A DNA stretch of 39,939 bases, taken from assembly GCA_029932605.1 (NCBI GenBank), contig JAOZPT010000018.1, forward strand, positions 1,790 to 41,728, given 5' to 3'. Positions 27,494 to 37,530 of the stretch are shown here, piece after piece; position 1 is the stretch's first letter, and each line of letters starts with the position of its first letter. The stretch comes from Candidatus Zixiibacteriota bacterium (GTDB lineage: Bacteria > Zixibacteria > MSB-5A5 > UBA10806 > 4484-95). The notes beneath the pieces are model-generated. The model was not told the origin of the DNA and made no database searches. It saw only the letters and a list, made by a program, of their open reading frames with translations. Both the position numbers and the translations under genes were made by a program.

Positions 27494-28942
27494 CTACCGA
27501 GTCAGCGGTGGATTGTCCGGCGGTATATCCGGACACCAGAAGATTTCCGGGGTGTAGCCTTTGAAGAAACCAACAAGAAAAGTAACGTCTGAACCTGTAA
27601 ATGAACAACTACCATTAGCATCACCAGCGACATATAACCAGCTTTCATCGGGCAGTTGACAACTGTCTGGTGGAGGATCACCCAATCCCTTGAAATAGCG
27701 GACGCCGTAAGTAACATCGTTGCCCATTACACTGCTATCGCCATTGATATCACCAGGGACATAAACACAACCACCACAACCTACGCCAAAAGCTCCAATA
27801 TCTACCCCTTCTTCGCCGGCACCCACGCAACAAGAGTTTTGATGCAAATAATAATTACCGGTATCAGGATAACAAAATTGGGGGTTGCAATTGATGTTGC
27901 CTTCGCCTTCCCATCCACCTTGAACGTCACAATAGGTAATTACCGGTGATGATCCACCACCGGAATGAATTTCGCTACTTGTCGGTGCGGTATCAGCCCA
28001 AAATATAGTGTTAGTAATCGTAGGGTTGGAGCCGCTACCACAAAGAATACCGCCCCCCGTGGAGCTAGCCGAATTTCCAGTTATAGTGTTGTTGATTATC
28101 GTGGGATGGGCGTTTTGGCAAAGAATCCCGCCGCCTAATTTGGCTGAATTTCCGCTGATGAGGTTGTAGCTTATCGTGAGATTGGGAGATGTGTTATTAT
28201 AGCAATCAATTCCACCACCATAGCCCGTTCCTCCAACTCCATTGGCTGTATTTCCACTGATGATATTGTAGCTGATGATTGCACTTATATCACCATCGCA
28301 ATCAATCCCACCGCCATCCCATTCGTTAGCTGAATTTTCGGTTATGATATTGTTGATAATGATGGGACTACCATCATTGATAGAAATCCCGCCGCCCAGG
28401 TAGCGGGCTTGATTTCCGGTTATGATGTTGTTGCTGATCGTAGGGCTGGAATCAGAGCAACGAATCCCGCCGCCGTGGTTAGTGTGGGCAATATTTCCGG
28501 TTATAATGTTATTGCTTATGATGGGATTGGATCCACTACCACAATAAATCCCGGCACCAGTGTATGGTGTAGAACCATTTGTTATCGTGAAGCCAATAAT
28601 TTTTGCATCGCTAGTCTCTCCACTTACAAACTTGACCACCCTGTCCGCTGCATTGCCATCAATAATGGTTGACGAGATATACGAGGTATCGCTGGTGGTC
28701 AGAAATAGTGAGCCGAGAACGATATTATGCCCATTGAAATCTATGTTCTCAACATAGGTATTGGGCTGTACCAGCACCGTGTCTCCATCATAGCTGGCGT
28801 TTATACCCCCTTGAATAGTAGAATAATCATCAGGAACGTTGATAATCGTTGCCGACACCGACGTACAAGCAACCAGAAAAAATACCAAAGCAAGGAGGGT
28901 AGTTATCCTAATCCGGCCTTTTTTAAATAACTTACGTTTCAT
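27494..28942 (-). CDS. Secreted right-handed beta-helix (pectin-lyase-like fold, GGGI repeats) protein with C-terminal dockerin
   Basis: GGAGG RBS and signal peptide. Motif NVPDDYSTIQ..DGDTVLV.P.TY.ENI. Repeated GGGI.C....P.I.NN.I.GN. Dockerin GDINGD..GNDVTYGVRYFKG / GDANG..GSDVTFLVGFFKG. Confidence 0.85.
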   Translation of the reverse strand: MKRKLFKKGRIRITTLLALVFFLVACTSVSATIINVPDDYSTIQGGINASYDGDTVLVQPNTYVENIDFNGHNIVLGSLFLTTSDTSYISSTIIDGNAADRVVKFVSGETSDAKIIGFTITNGSTPYTGAGIYCGSGSNPIISNNIITGNIAHTNHGGGIRCSDSSPTISNNIITGNQARYLGGGISINDGSPIIINNIITENSANEWDGGGIDCDGDISAIISYNIISGNTANGVGGTGYGGGIDCYNNTSPNLTISYNLISGNSAKLGGGILCQNAHPTIINNTITGNSASSTGGGILCGSGSNPTITNTIFWADTAPTSSEIHSGGGSSPVITYCDVQGGWEGEGNINCNPQFCYPDTGNYYLHQNSCCVGAGEEGVDIGAFGVGCGGCVYVPGDINGDSSVMGNDVTYGVRYFKGLGDPPPDSCQLPDESWLYVAGDANGSCSFTGSDVTFLVGFFKGYTPEIFWCPDIPPDNPPLTR

Positions 28943-29272
28943 GTCTTAAGTCCTCCAATTTAAATTTGATATAAAATTACTTTACCTGATTTCCGGTTTA
29001 AAATTTAAAACCCTATCTGGGTAGACTTTTTATGGATATCCTAATTGACTTATCTCACTTGGCTGTTTAATATTTTGTTGGTTAACCTCTAACCCAGTAA
29101 AAGAATGTATTTATTCGTATAGCCTTAATAATAGGCAGTATTTCTATATAGTTAAATATATTTTTTTATATATCAATGTCAACAAAAAAAGCACACCACA
29201 AGCTATTTTTTTTTGTTTTCAAAAAATCCCTTGTCAAAGATGGTCATAATTATTAAATTCGTCAGGTCAGCG

Positions 29273-29620
29273 ATGCTTATTACTGTGATGAAATCAAAAA
29301 TCCACCGAGCGGTGGTGACCGGCACCGAGCTTCACTACGAAGGTTCTATCACCATCGATAAAACCCTTATGAAAGCCGCTAAAATCTATTCCAATGAGAT
29401 GGTGCAGGTATTAAATTTAAACAATGGTAACCGCTTCGAAACATATGTTATTGAGGCAAAGAAAGGTTCCGGCGAGATAAGCCTTCAGGGACCGGCTGCC
29501 CGCCTCGGCCATAAAGGTGACACCATAATCATCATATCATATTGCCAGTTGCAACCCGAGGAGATAGCCAACCATCAACCCGCAATAATTATGGTAGATA
29601 GCAAAAACAGGCTAAAATAA
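29273..29620 (+). CDS. panD: Aspartate 1-decarboxylase (pyruvoyl-dependent)
   Basis: KSKIHRAVVT..L.YEG-SITID (Gly-Ser autocleavage site), NGNRFETY and G.AARL. Start revised to the ATG at 29273. TTGTCA-N17-TAAATT promoter at 29231..29259. Confidence 0.95.
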   Translation: MLITVMKSKIHRAVVTGTELHYEGSITIDKTLMKAAKIYSNEMVQVLNLNNGNRFETYVIEAKKGSGEISLQGPAARLGHKGDTIIIISYCQLQPEEIANHQPAIIMVDSKNRLK

Positions 29621-29758
29621 AATACACTAACTCTGATAATCAGAAATAATATTATGACCGATTATAAGATACATGGGGGACTAAAAATCAATAACTTATC
29701 GTTAAAGGTTATGGTCGATGTAACCGACAAACCTTGTTCTTGAAAAGGTAATTTGAAG

Positions 29759-30502
29759 ATGTCAAGAGATACTGCGGCCATAATTTTATCCGCTGGATTG
29801 GGCAAACGGATGAAGTCGGATTTGCCGAAGGTCCTTCACAAACTTAATGGTAAATACATAGTCGATTATGTAATCGACAACGTAAAAAAGGCAGGTATCA
29901 GCAACATTGTGCTTGTGATTGGCCACAAATACGAGCTTATGCAAAAGGCATTAGCCGACAGAGGAGTGAAATTTGCCATCCAGCGGCCACAGCTTGGCAC
30001 CGGTCATGCGGTTCAGGTTGCCCTTCCAGTTCTGGGCGATTTCAATGGCGATTTGCTTGTGCTTTGCGGGGATATGCCGCTTGTTTCAACCAAGACAATT
30101 ACTGAATTATTGAAGATGCACCGGAAACTTAAGGCGGAGGCAGTGGTGTTAACAGTCAGGCTTAACGAACCGAAAAATTATGGACGAATAGTGCGAGACG
30201 AAGATGGTTTTTTGAAAGCGATAGTTGAATACCGTGACGCTGACAGAAAAACTCGCCTCATAAACGAGGTAAATACAGGGGCTTATTGTTTTTCATCAAG
30301 GGGGTTAAGATCTGTCCTAAAAGAGTTGAAGACAGATAATGCTCAGGCAGAATACTACCTTACCGATACAATAGCCCTTTTCAAAAAGAGGGGTCTAAAG
30401 GTGGCAGCGCTGGTTTCCGATGACCCGAATGAGGGATTGGGAATAAATTCAAAAGAGGAGTTAACCCGGATAGAATCAATAATTAAGGAACTTAAAGGAT
30501 AA
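29759..30502 (+). CDS. glmU: GlcNAc-1-phosphate uridyltransferase (GlmU N-terminal domain only)
   Basis: LSAGLGKRMKSDLPKVLH, QLGTGHAV, GDMPL, YGRIVR, EVNTGAY, NAQAEYYLTD and G.N. No hexapeptide acetyltransferase domain follows. Confidence 0.8.
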   Translation: MSRDTAAIILSAGLGKRMKSDLPKVLHKLNGKYIVDYVIDNVKKAGISNIVLVIGHKYELMQKALADRGVKFAIQRPQLGTGHAVQVALPVLGDFNGDLLVLCGDMPLVSTKTITELLKMHRKLKAEAVVLTVRLNEPKNYGRIVRDEDGFLKAIVEYRDADRKTRLINEVNTGAYCFSSRGLRSVLKELKTDNAQAEYYLTDTIALFKKRGLKVAALVSDDPNEGLGINSKEELTRIESIIKELKG

Positions 30503-30527
30503 ATTTATCGTAAAACAATAAAAATGA

Positions 30528-30556
30528 TTGACAGGATAAAAGAGGGGTGCTAATAT
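30528..30556 (+). promoter_or_regulatory. Sigma-70 promoter for the hypothetical-LytR_C-rsfS(-rho) cluster
   Basis: TTGACA-N17-TAATAT with a TGn extended -10. Confidence 0.55.
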
Positions 30557-30594
30557 TTATAAGCCTCTCGGTTTAAAAGAGAGGGGGAAGTTTA

Positions 30595-31059
30595 ATGAAA
30601 AAAAAGTACATTGTCTTAATTGCTGTTTTTTTAATTCTGGCAGGACATATATATGCCCAGCGTTTAAATGAGCCTGCTAAAAACTACACTACATCTGAAT
30701 CATCTTTTTCGCTTCTAAACCCCAATCGATTCCATATGTCTCAAAGTTATTCGTTATGGTTTACTTCATCGAAATCAGGTTCACATAGTTTAGCTATGTA
30801 TTTAAACTCAATCGAGTATCAGGTTTCTGATCCATTAAAAATAAGGGTCAATTTAGGATATTTTCACCACCCGGGAATGTTTTTGAACGGTAACAGTGAT
30901 TTCCTTCGGGAGGGAAAGATTTTTCCATCACTTTCCATAAACTGGCGGCCATCGAAAAATTTCCATTTCCGTTTCGACTACAGCCAGACACCTTATTTTT
31001 ACAGCGACGATATAACAGGATATTACAATCCATACAAAACGTGGGAGGGTTTCCGATAG
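30595..31059 (+). CDS. Secreted hypothetical protein (beta-strand-rich)
   Basis: GAGGGG RBS and signal peptide MKKKYIVL..IYA-Q. It is co-oriented within the cluster. Confidence 0.75.
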   Translation: MKKKYIVLIAVFLILAGHIYAQRLNEPAKNYTTSESSFSLLNPNRFHMSQSYSLWFTSSKSGSHSLAMYLNSIEYQVSDPLKIRVNLGYFHHPGMFLNGNSDFLREGKIFPSLSINWRPSKNFHFRFDYSQTPYFYSDDITGYYNPYKTWEGFR

Positions 31060-31092
31060 AAATAAAATCTTTACCGACCCCTTCTAAGGAAC

Positions 31093-31605
31093 ATGCCAGC
31101 TAAAAAATCATCGAAGAGTAAGAAAAGAATAAAGCGATCTAAAAGCCCGGGATTCACCGGCTGGGCGATTATATTTTTGTCGGTTTTCATCGTGGTTTTC
31201 GTTTTGTCGATGGCTTTAACGACATCCGAGGTAAGTGTATCCAAAACCTCACCCGGTATTATCCGACTCCAACTTCTCAATGGTTGCGGTGTAAATGGTG
31301 CTGCTGAACAAATAGCAAAAGCTCTTATGGAATCACAATCGACAATGCTTTTTGATATAATTGACAAATCCAACGCCAAAGTATACAATTTTAACAAAAC
31401 TTTGGTAATTGACCGAAAAGGCAGCGACACTGAATCCGGTGGTTTTTCAGGAGCAGCCTCTTATGTAGCCCGATTATTAAATATCGGATCTGACCAGTTG
31501 TTAATCCAGAAACTATCAGACAACCTCCTCGACATCGATGTTTCAATTATCATTGGTTCTGATTACAAGTTAATTTTAAAGACATTAACAGATGAGGTTG
31601 AATAG
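31093..31605 (+). CDS. Membrane-anchored LytR C-terminal domain protein
   Basis: Basic N-terminus and one TM helix. Motifs LQLLNGCGVNGAA and DVSIIIGSDY. It lies directly upstream of rsfS. Confidence 0.8.
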   Translation: MPAKKSSKSKKRIKRSKSPGFTGWAIIFLSVFIVVFVLSMALTTSEVSVSKTSPGIIRLQLLNGCGVNGAAEQIAKALMESQSTMLFDIIDKSNAKVYNFNKTLVIDRKGSDTESGGFSGAASYVARLLNIGSDQLLIQKLSDNLLDIDVSIIIGSDYKLILKTLTDEVE

Positions 31606-31608
31606 CGG

Positions 31609-31950
31609 TTGACACCTAAAAAATTAGCCCGTACCGCCGGAAATCTTGCCCTTGAGAAAAACGGGTTTGACGTTTTCCTGCTAGACATTCGCAAGTTATC
31701 CGACATGGCAAACTATTTCGTTATCTGTTCCGGCTCTGTAGATATACATATAAAAGCAATAGCCGATAATATAATAGAGGGGTTAAAGAAAAAAGATGTA
31801 AGGGCATGGCATATCGAGGGATATAAGAATTTACAATGGGTTTTACTGGATTATGTAAGTGTGGTCGTTCACATATTCCAACCACAGATAAGAAGTTATT
31901 ATTCACTTGAAAAATTATGGGGAGACGCACCCTTGGAAAAACTGGGATAA
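31609..31950 (+). CDS. rsfS: Ribosome silencing factor RsfS (iojap)
   Basis: Motifs YFVICSG, WVLLDY..VVVHIF....R.YY.LEKLWGDA. TTG start. Confidence 0.93.
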   Translation: MTPKKLARTAGNLALEKNGFDVFLLDIRKLSDMANYFVICSGSVDIHIKAIADNIIEGLKKKDVRAWHIEGYKNLQWVLLDYVSVVVHIFQPQIRSYYSLEKLWGDAPLEKLG

Positions 31951-32061
31951 CACATTGCTATCTTCGACAAAATAGCAGTCGTTGATTGTGGACGCAGGGG
32001 TTATAGCTTACCATCCCTTGCCTGCCATTTTAAGAAATCACAATAAAAGGAGTGTCATTTT

Positions 32062-33309
32062 ATGGATATTGTAGAGTTGAAATCCAAAACGATTAATGAG
32101 CTCACCGACTTAGCCGACGGGCTTCAGATTCCGGGTGTTTCAGGGCTAAGGAAATCGGAGCTCATATTTAAAATCCTTGAGGCTAAAACCGAACAGGACG
32201 GTTTAATATTCGCCGAGGGAGTTCTTGAGGTGCTCTCCGAGGGATACGGCTTTTTGCGAAGTCCGGATTACAATTACCTTCCCGGACCCGACGACATCTA
32301 CGTCAGTCCATCGCAAATAAAAAGGTTTGACCTTCGTTCGGGGGATACGATAAGCGGTCAGGTTCGTCCACCCAAAGAGACCGAGAAATATTTCGCCCTG
32401 TTGAAAATCGAAGCGGTAAATTATGAGAACCCTGAAATAGCCAAGCACAAGATACTTTTCGATAATTTAACACCCCTTTATCCTCATGAAAAAATAAAAC
32501 TTGAGGTTGACCCCAAAGATCCCACCACCCGCATCATGGATATACTTACACCCACCGGTAAAGGTCAGCGAGGTCTGATAACCTCCCCACCCAAGGCAGG
32601 TAAAACCATAATCCTTCAAAAAATTGCCAATTCAATCACCACCAATCATCCCGATATGAAACTTATCGTGCTCTTAATCGATGAGCGTCCTGAGGAAGTT
32701 ACCGATATGGAACGCACAGTTAAAGCCGAGGTCATATCCTCAACTTTTGATGAACCGGCAGATAGGCATGTTACAGTGGCTGAAATGGTAATTGAGAAAG
32801 CAAAGAGGCTGGTGGAACATAAAAAAGATGTGGTTATACTTTTGGATTCTATCACCCGTCTGGCCCGTGCTTATAATGCGGTAGTGCCTCATTCTGGTAA
32901 AATACTTTCTGGCGGGGTTGATTCAAACGCCCTCCAGAAACCGAAACGCTTTTTTGGAGCTGCCCGTAACATCGAGGAGGGTGGCTCGTTGACCATTATC
33001 GCCACCGCCTTAATTGAGACCGGATCACGTATGGATGATGTCATCTTCGAGGAGTTCAAGGGCACAGGTAATATGGAAATAGTCTTGGACCGGCGGCTTT
33101 CAGACAGGCGAATATTCCCGGCAATTGACATAAATCGCTCGGGAACACGTAAGGAAGAACTGCTTCTAACACCCGACGAATTGAACCGCATATGGATTCT
33201 GCGTAAGTTCCTAAACGAAATGAGTCCGGTTGATGCTATGGAGTTTTTACTTGAACGGATACTCAAGACGAAAACCAACACAAAATTTTTAGAATCGATG
33301 AGCGGATAA
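32062..33309 (+). CDS. rho: Transcription termination factor Rho
   Basis: Motifs [55 protein letters not shown] and [19 protein letters not shown]. Confidence 0.98.
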   Translation: MDIVELKSKTINELTDLADGLQIPGVSGLRKSELIFKILEAKTEQDGLIFAEGVLEVLSEGYGFLRSPDYNYLPGPDDIYVSPSQIKRFDLRSGDTISGQVRPPKETEKYFALLKIEAVNYENPEIAKHKILFDNLTPLYPHEKIKLEVDPKDPTTRIMDILTPTGKGQRGLITSPPKAGKTIILQKIANSITTNHPDMKLIVLLIDERPEEVTDMERTVKAEVISSTFDEPADRHVTVAEMVIEKAKRLVEHKKDVVILLDSITRLARAYNAVVPHSGKILSGGVDSNALQKPKRFFGAARNIEEGGSLTIIATALIETGSRMDDVIFEEFKGTGNMEIVLDRRLSDRRIFPAIDINRSGTRKEELLLTPDELNRIWILRKFLNEMSPVDAMEFLLERILKTKTNTKFLESMSG

Positions 33310-33452
33310 CAAGGTCTTATTCTGTTTAACTTTCGACAAGTCCGCTACTTCCACTGGCATAATCCGAGCATTCTAAATTTTATAATCGCATAAATTAGAA
33401 CAAAAGACCAATTGCAATGGCAATTGTCAACCATATATAGTATATTACAAAT

Positions 33453-34355
33453 ATGAACGTAGCCATTGCCGGTGGCACCGGTTTTATAGGTAAAGTAATT
33501 ATAAAGATGTTAACCGAACGCAACCACCACGTGGTTGTATTAACGCGGCCTGGCTCCGCTATCAAAATCGCTAGATTCTCAGGCACTGAAACACGTTATA
33601 CTTACTACGATACTCCTTCGCAGGTCGAAAAAAGCCTTGCAGATTGTCAGGCAATAATCAACCTTGTCGGTATTATCAGGGAAACAAAAGACACTCCGTT
33701 TGAATATGTTCACAATTTAATTCCTTCAAGGCTTGCTACAGCCGCTTTAGAGGTTGGCATAAAAAGGTTTCTCCAGATGTCAGCTCTAGGTGTGGATAGC
33801 GCCCTGGATGTCGATTACATGTTGACCAAAAAACAGGGTGAAAACGCAATCAAAAAAACCTCAGGTCTGGAGTGGACCATCTTCCGTCCTTCGATAGTTT
33901 TCGGTCCTGATGATATGTTCGTGAACATGCTTGCCCGAATGATAAAACTATTACCTGTCATTCCGGTTATCGGTGATGGCACTTACCGACTTCAACCGGT
34001 CAGCGTGTTCAATGTCGCCGAGGGGTTCGTCAAAAGCCTGGTTATGCCAAAAACGATTGGCAAAACCTACGACGTAGCCGGGCCGGATAAATATTCCTTC
34101 AATAAGCTTCTTGATATCATCGCCATAGCTCTGGGTAAAAAAAGGGTGAGAAAATTTCACCAACCACTGCCCCTGGTCAAGCCGGTGGTTAAATTCTTCG
34201 GTCGTTTCCAATCTTTTCCGATAACGACCGACCAGATAAAGATGCTATGTGCTGAAAATGTTACCGATAATGATTCTTTCTTTAAAGAACTTGATATCGT
34301 TCCTATAGATTTTGCAAGCGGTATAAAAGAATATATTGAAAAATCTTCCCGTTGA
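33453..34355 (+). CDS. Atypical SDR / complex I NDUFA9-family NAD-dependent epimerase-like protein
   Basis: Motifs GGTGFIG, INLVGII.E, MSALG, Y..TK..GE, FRPSIVFGP.D and QPVSV..VA. Confidence 0.85.
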   Translation: MNVAIAGGTGFIGKVIIKMLTERNHHVVVLTRPGSAIKIARFSGTETRYTYYDTPSQVEKSLADCQAIINLVGIIRETKDTPFEYVHNLIPSRLATAALEVGIKRFLQMSALGVDSALDVDYMLTKKQGENAIKKTSGLEWTIFRPSIVFGPDDMFVNMLARMIKLLPVIPVIGDGTYRLQPVSVFNVAEGFVKSLVMPKTIGKTYDVAGPDKYSFNKLLDIIAIALGKKRVRKFHQPLPLVKPVVKFFGRFQSFPITTDQIKMLCAENVTDNDSFFKELDIVPIDFASGIKEYIEKSSR

Positions 34356-34382
34356 AATCATCTTTTGCCGTTAGTTCTGTTT

Positions 34383-37300
34383 TCAATCGACTTTATCAGG
34401 GCAGATGTTTTTATATGAACACCTACCGCACTCAAAGCTACTTGGTGTGGAGGTGAAATTCTCCTTTGCAATTTTATCAACAACGCCCGAAATTTTTTCT
34501 AAAACCCTCTGTAAATCTTTTTCCGAAACGATAAAACTTACCAACCTGTCATCGCTAAGGTAGTAATAGGCTACTTCAGCGGGAATCTTATCATACAGGT
34601 TGGGGCTTGCAAGAGCATAGATAAACAGCTGGTCATCAGCTTTAGTATTAGCTTTCTCAGAAGTTCCAATACGTCCAGTTTTATAATCAACAATATATAT
34701 CTCGCCATTCTCATCTTTATCGATACGGTCGATTTTACCGGTAAGGATAAAATTATCGTATTCAAGGTTAAATTTTTTTTCAAGGTCAACGATTCTTAAC
34801 CGGTTTTTCATTTCTCTCTTGGCAAAGTTTTCTAACATCCTCAAGCCGGCATTCTTAAGGCTTTCTGCCCAGGCTTTGTCCCCAATGCGATAACCGCCCC
34901 ACTTTTCAAGAAAGGTTTTCTTGAGTTCATAAACAGAAAATTTCTTGCCCTTAGAAACAGTTGACATCACTTCATAGAGCGTTCTGTGTATGGCACTACC
35001 AAGATATACATGGGGGCCAACCTCCTCTGGGATTTTGAGAATATATTTGAACTTATATTTCAAGGGACAGCTGTTGTAGGTTTCGATATCCGTATATGAT
35101 AACTTTAGTTTTTCCTCTTTCTCGATAACAACGGGTTCAACTTCTTTTAACTTACATCTATCAATCAGATCGATAAACATCTTTTTGAAATCATCCGGGC
35201 TCTGGCCGTAACCCGAGGAGGAAATAACCGACCAGAGCTTTTCAGTAAGAAGAATTAAACTGTCTTCCAATACTGTTTTTTTGTGATAAGTGTCTTTTCC
35301 GGTCGAAAAAGCGCTGTATAAAACATCCGATAGCTTCAAACTGAAATCCTTATCTGTTTTCTGCGAAATCGCCTTCTCAGGCTCAGTATATAAGTTCCCG
35401 AACTTCATTACCTCACCATACTCATCGAAATTTTCATTGCTGATAACCTCAGAGAAAAACCTTGAAACACGCACTCTGGTCCTTTGAATCCCTGATAGAT
35501 ACAATCGATCGGCAGCCCTGGTCATCGCTACATACATCAGCCGGCGCTCCTCCTGGGTATGAGCATCCGGTGGTGGTTGTATCTCTCTTGATAATTCCTG
35601 AGGCAAGGAAAAACGTTTATCCCTATCATTCTGGGGAAATTTTCTCTCGGACAGGCTCACAATTATCACAACTGGAAACTGTAATCCCTTTGCAGAGTGT
35701 GCGGTTAAAAGGTTAACACCATTTGCTCTGGATTGTTCGAGAGTTATAGTCCCTGTTTTTTCAGCCCACTTAAGGTAATTTAAAAAGTCGTGGATATCGC
35801 CCTGTTCATTTTCCTCAAAATCGTTGGCGGCCTGCCATAGTTGAGACAACGCCTTCGCCACTCTGTTCGAGTTTTCATCAATGGCAACAACCTTGCTTAA
35901 AAGACCACTCAACTCAAAAGCTTTCTCTACCAACTTTGAGGCTGAACCATCAGGTATAAGCTCCTTGATACTATTAATAATATCCATAGCTGATTTTAAG
36001 CCACTTTGACTTAATGATGATATCTCGGTTATGCCTTCCAGTTCGGTCAATAGCTCATAGGGCGATAACTTATCTAAGTTTTCTCTTATCTGGCTATATT
36101 GGCCCGGGTTAAAATCACTGCAATATCTAAACAGAATCGGGAAAATCCAGCCAGCTTCCTCATCTAAAAATGCTCCTCTAATCAGAGAAAATACAATCTG
36201 AACATCATGTATAGAAAAAATTGAAAAAGGCTTCTGCTCAACAACCGGAATATCAGCTTTGGTCAAAGCTTCATACACCTGTTTTCGATGGTCATGAACC
36301 CTTGAAATGACCGCTATGTCCCGAGGTTTTACATTCTTATCAAAAAGTGACTTTATCAAACTGACAACACTCTGAGCCTCGGAATTGACATCAGTTGAAA
36401 TAAATGCACCGATTTTAGGGCCACTTTTTCTTCCGGATTTAAGCTCTTTATTAGGATCAAAACGGTCCTGCGTCTTATGCGATATCAAAACCTGCGAGGC
36501 GGCTACAATCTGGGGTGTGCCACGGTAGTTGACCGTAAGGGTATGGGTAACAGCATTCGGAAAAACCCTTTTGAAATTGACAAAAGAGCCATAACTCGCC
36601 CCCCGGAAACGGTAAATCGACTGGTCGTCATCGCCAACCACACATATTTTTTCGGTTTTTTCACCAAGCAGGGCCAGGATTGCCACCTGCCCGGAATTGG
36701 CATCCTGGAATTCATCCACAAGTATATATTTCAATCTATGCCTCTCGGCTTTCAAGACATCAGGATTCTCATTGAAAACCCTGTATAGTCCAAACAACAT
36801 ATCCTCGAAATCTATGAAATTATCCCCTAATTTTTTCTGGTTGTAGATTTCATAAAAACGGGTGGCGAATTTGAGGTCATCCAATTGCTCTCTTTCATCC
36901 GCCAACTGGTCTCCGTTGGTGATACTGGCAAGATATAATTCCTTTTTTTCAATAAATCCCCGCAGTTTCTCAGGGCCAATCAGCTCATCACAGGATCGAC
37001 TAACGAAATCTTTTAAAAGATATATAATGCTATCCGGATTGGATAATCCTATCGGAACCTCAGCAGTTTCGAAATAAGCTTGTCTTAAGAGCATGTATTT
37101 ACGATAATCTGATAGAACACGAGGTGACTCTTTGTAGCCTAAACAATCAAATCTTTTTTCAATAATCTTTTGACCGAATGAATGAAATGTGTGCGCTTGG
37201 GGCAGAGGTTTATCTCTCTCTCGCTTTTGTAGGCGCGTGTTTAGCTCATCAGCGGTATTGTTGGAATAGGTCAAAACAAGAATATGTCCGGGGTCAAGGC

Positions 37301-37430
37301 CGACTTTTTCAACCAGATAGGCAGCTTTTTCCACAATGACTAATGTCTTGCCCGACCCGGGGCCGGCTAAAATTATTTGCGGCCCATCGATGTATTCGAT
37401 TGCTAATCTTTGTTCGGCTGAAAGTTGCAT
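34383..37430 (-). CDS. UvrD/PcrA-like SF1 helicase fused to a C-terminal PD-(D/E)XK nuclease with an Fe-S staple (AdnB/AddA-like)
   Basis: Helicase motifs AGPGSGKT, DEFQD, VGDDDQSIYRFRGA, TAHSAKGLQF and EERRLMYVAMTRA. Nuclease motifs CPLKY, GKIDRID, VDYKTG, QL.IY and CGRCSYKNIC. Confidence 0.9.
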   Translation of the reverse strand: MQLSAEQRLAIEYIDGPQIILAGPGSGKTLVIVEKAAYLVEKVGLDPGHILVLTYSNNTADELNTRLQKRERDKPLPQAHTFHSFGQKIIEKRFDCLGYKESPRVLSDYRKYMLLRQAYFETAEVPIGLSNPDSIIYLLKDFVSRSCDELIGPEKLRGFIEKKELYLASITNGDQLADEREQLDDLKFATRFYEIYNQKKLGDNFIDFEDMLFGLYRVFNENPDVLKAERHRLKYILVDEFQDANSGQVAILALLGEKTEKICVVGDDDQSIYRFRGASYGSFVNFKRVFPNAVTHTLTVNYRGTPQIVAASQVLISHKTQDRFDPNKELKSGRKSGPKIGAFISTDVNSEAQSVVSLIKSLFDKNVKPRDIAVISRVHDHRKQVYEALTKADIPVVEQKPFSIFSIHDVQIVFSLIRGAFLDEEAGWIFPILFRYCSDFNPGQYSQIRENLDKLSPYELLTELEGITEISSLSQSGLKSAMDIINSIKELIPDGSASKLVEKAFELSGLLSKVVAIDENSNRVAKALSQLWQAANDFEENEQGDIHDFLNYLKWAEKTGTITLEQSRANGVNLLTAHSAKGLQFPVVIIVSLSERKFPQNDRDKRFSLPQELSREIQPPPDAHTQEERRLMYVAMTRAADRLYLSGIQRTRVRVSRFFSEVISNENFDEYGEVMKFGNLYTEPEKAISQKTDKDFSLKLSDVLYSAFSTGKDTYHKKTVLEDSLILLTEKLWSVISSSGYGQSPDDFKKMFIDLIDRCKLKEVEPVVIEKEEKLKLSYTDIETYNSCPLKYKFKYILKIPEEVGPHVYLGSAIHRTLYEVMSTVSKGKKFSVYELKKTFLEKWGGYRIGDKAWAESLKNAGLRMLENFAKREMKNRLRIVDLEKKFNLEYDNFILTGKIDRIDKDENGEIYIVDYKTGRIGTSEKANTKADDQLFIYALASPNLYDKIPAEVAYYYLSDDRLVSFIVSEKDLQRVLEKISGVVDKIAKENFTSTPSSFECGRCSYKNICPDKVD

Positions 37431-37447
37431 GGTTGTATTTAATTATA

Positions 37448-37515
37448 CCCACCTGTTAGGTGGGGTACTAAGTTATACTTAATTACTCCCCCCTCCCACT
37501 TGTTAGACGGGGTAC
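37448..37515. repeat. Two tandem 21-bp imperfect palindromes upstream of the helicase-nuclease gene
   Basis: CCCACCTGTTAGGTGGGGTAC (37448..37468) and CCCACTTGTTAGACGGGGTAC (37495..37515), 18/21 identical. Confidence 0.6.
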
Positions 37516-37530
37516 AATTTTGAATCAAAA

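Noticed and set aside
31954..32044. Stem-loops in the rho leader as an attenuator
   Set aside because: Plausible given known rho autoregulation, but the stems are short and not diagnostic.
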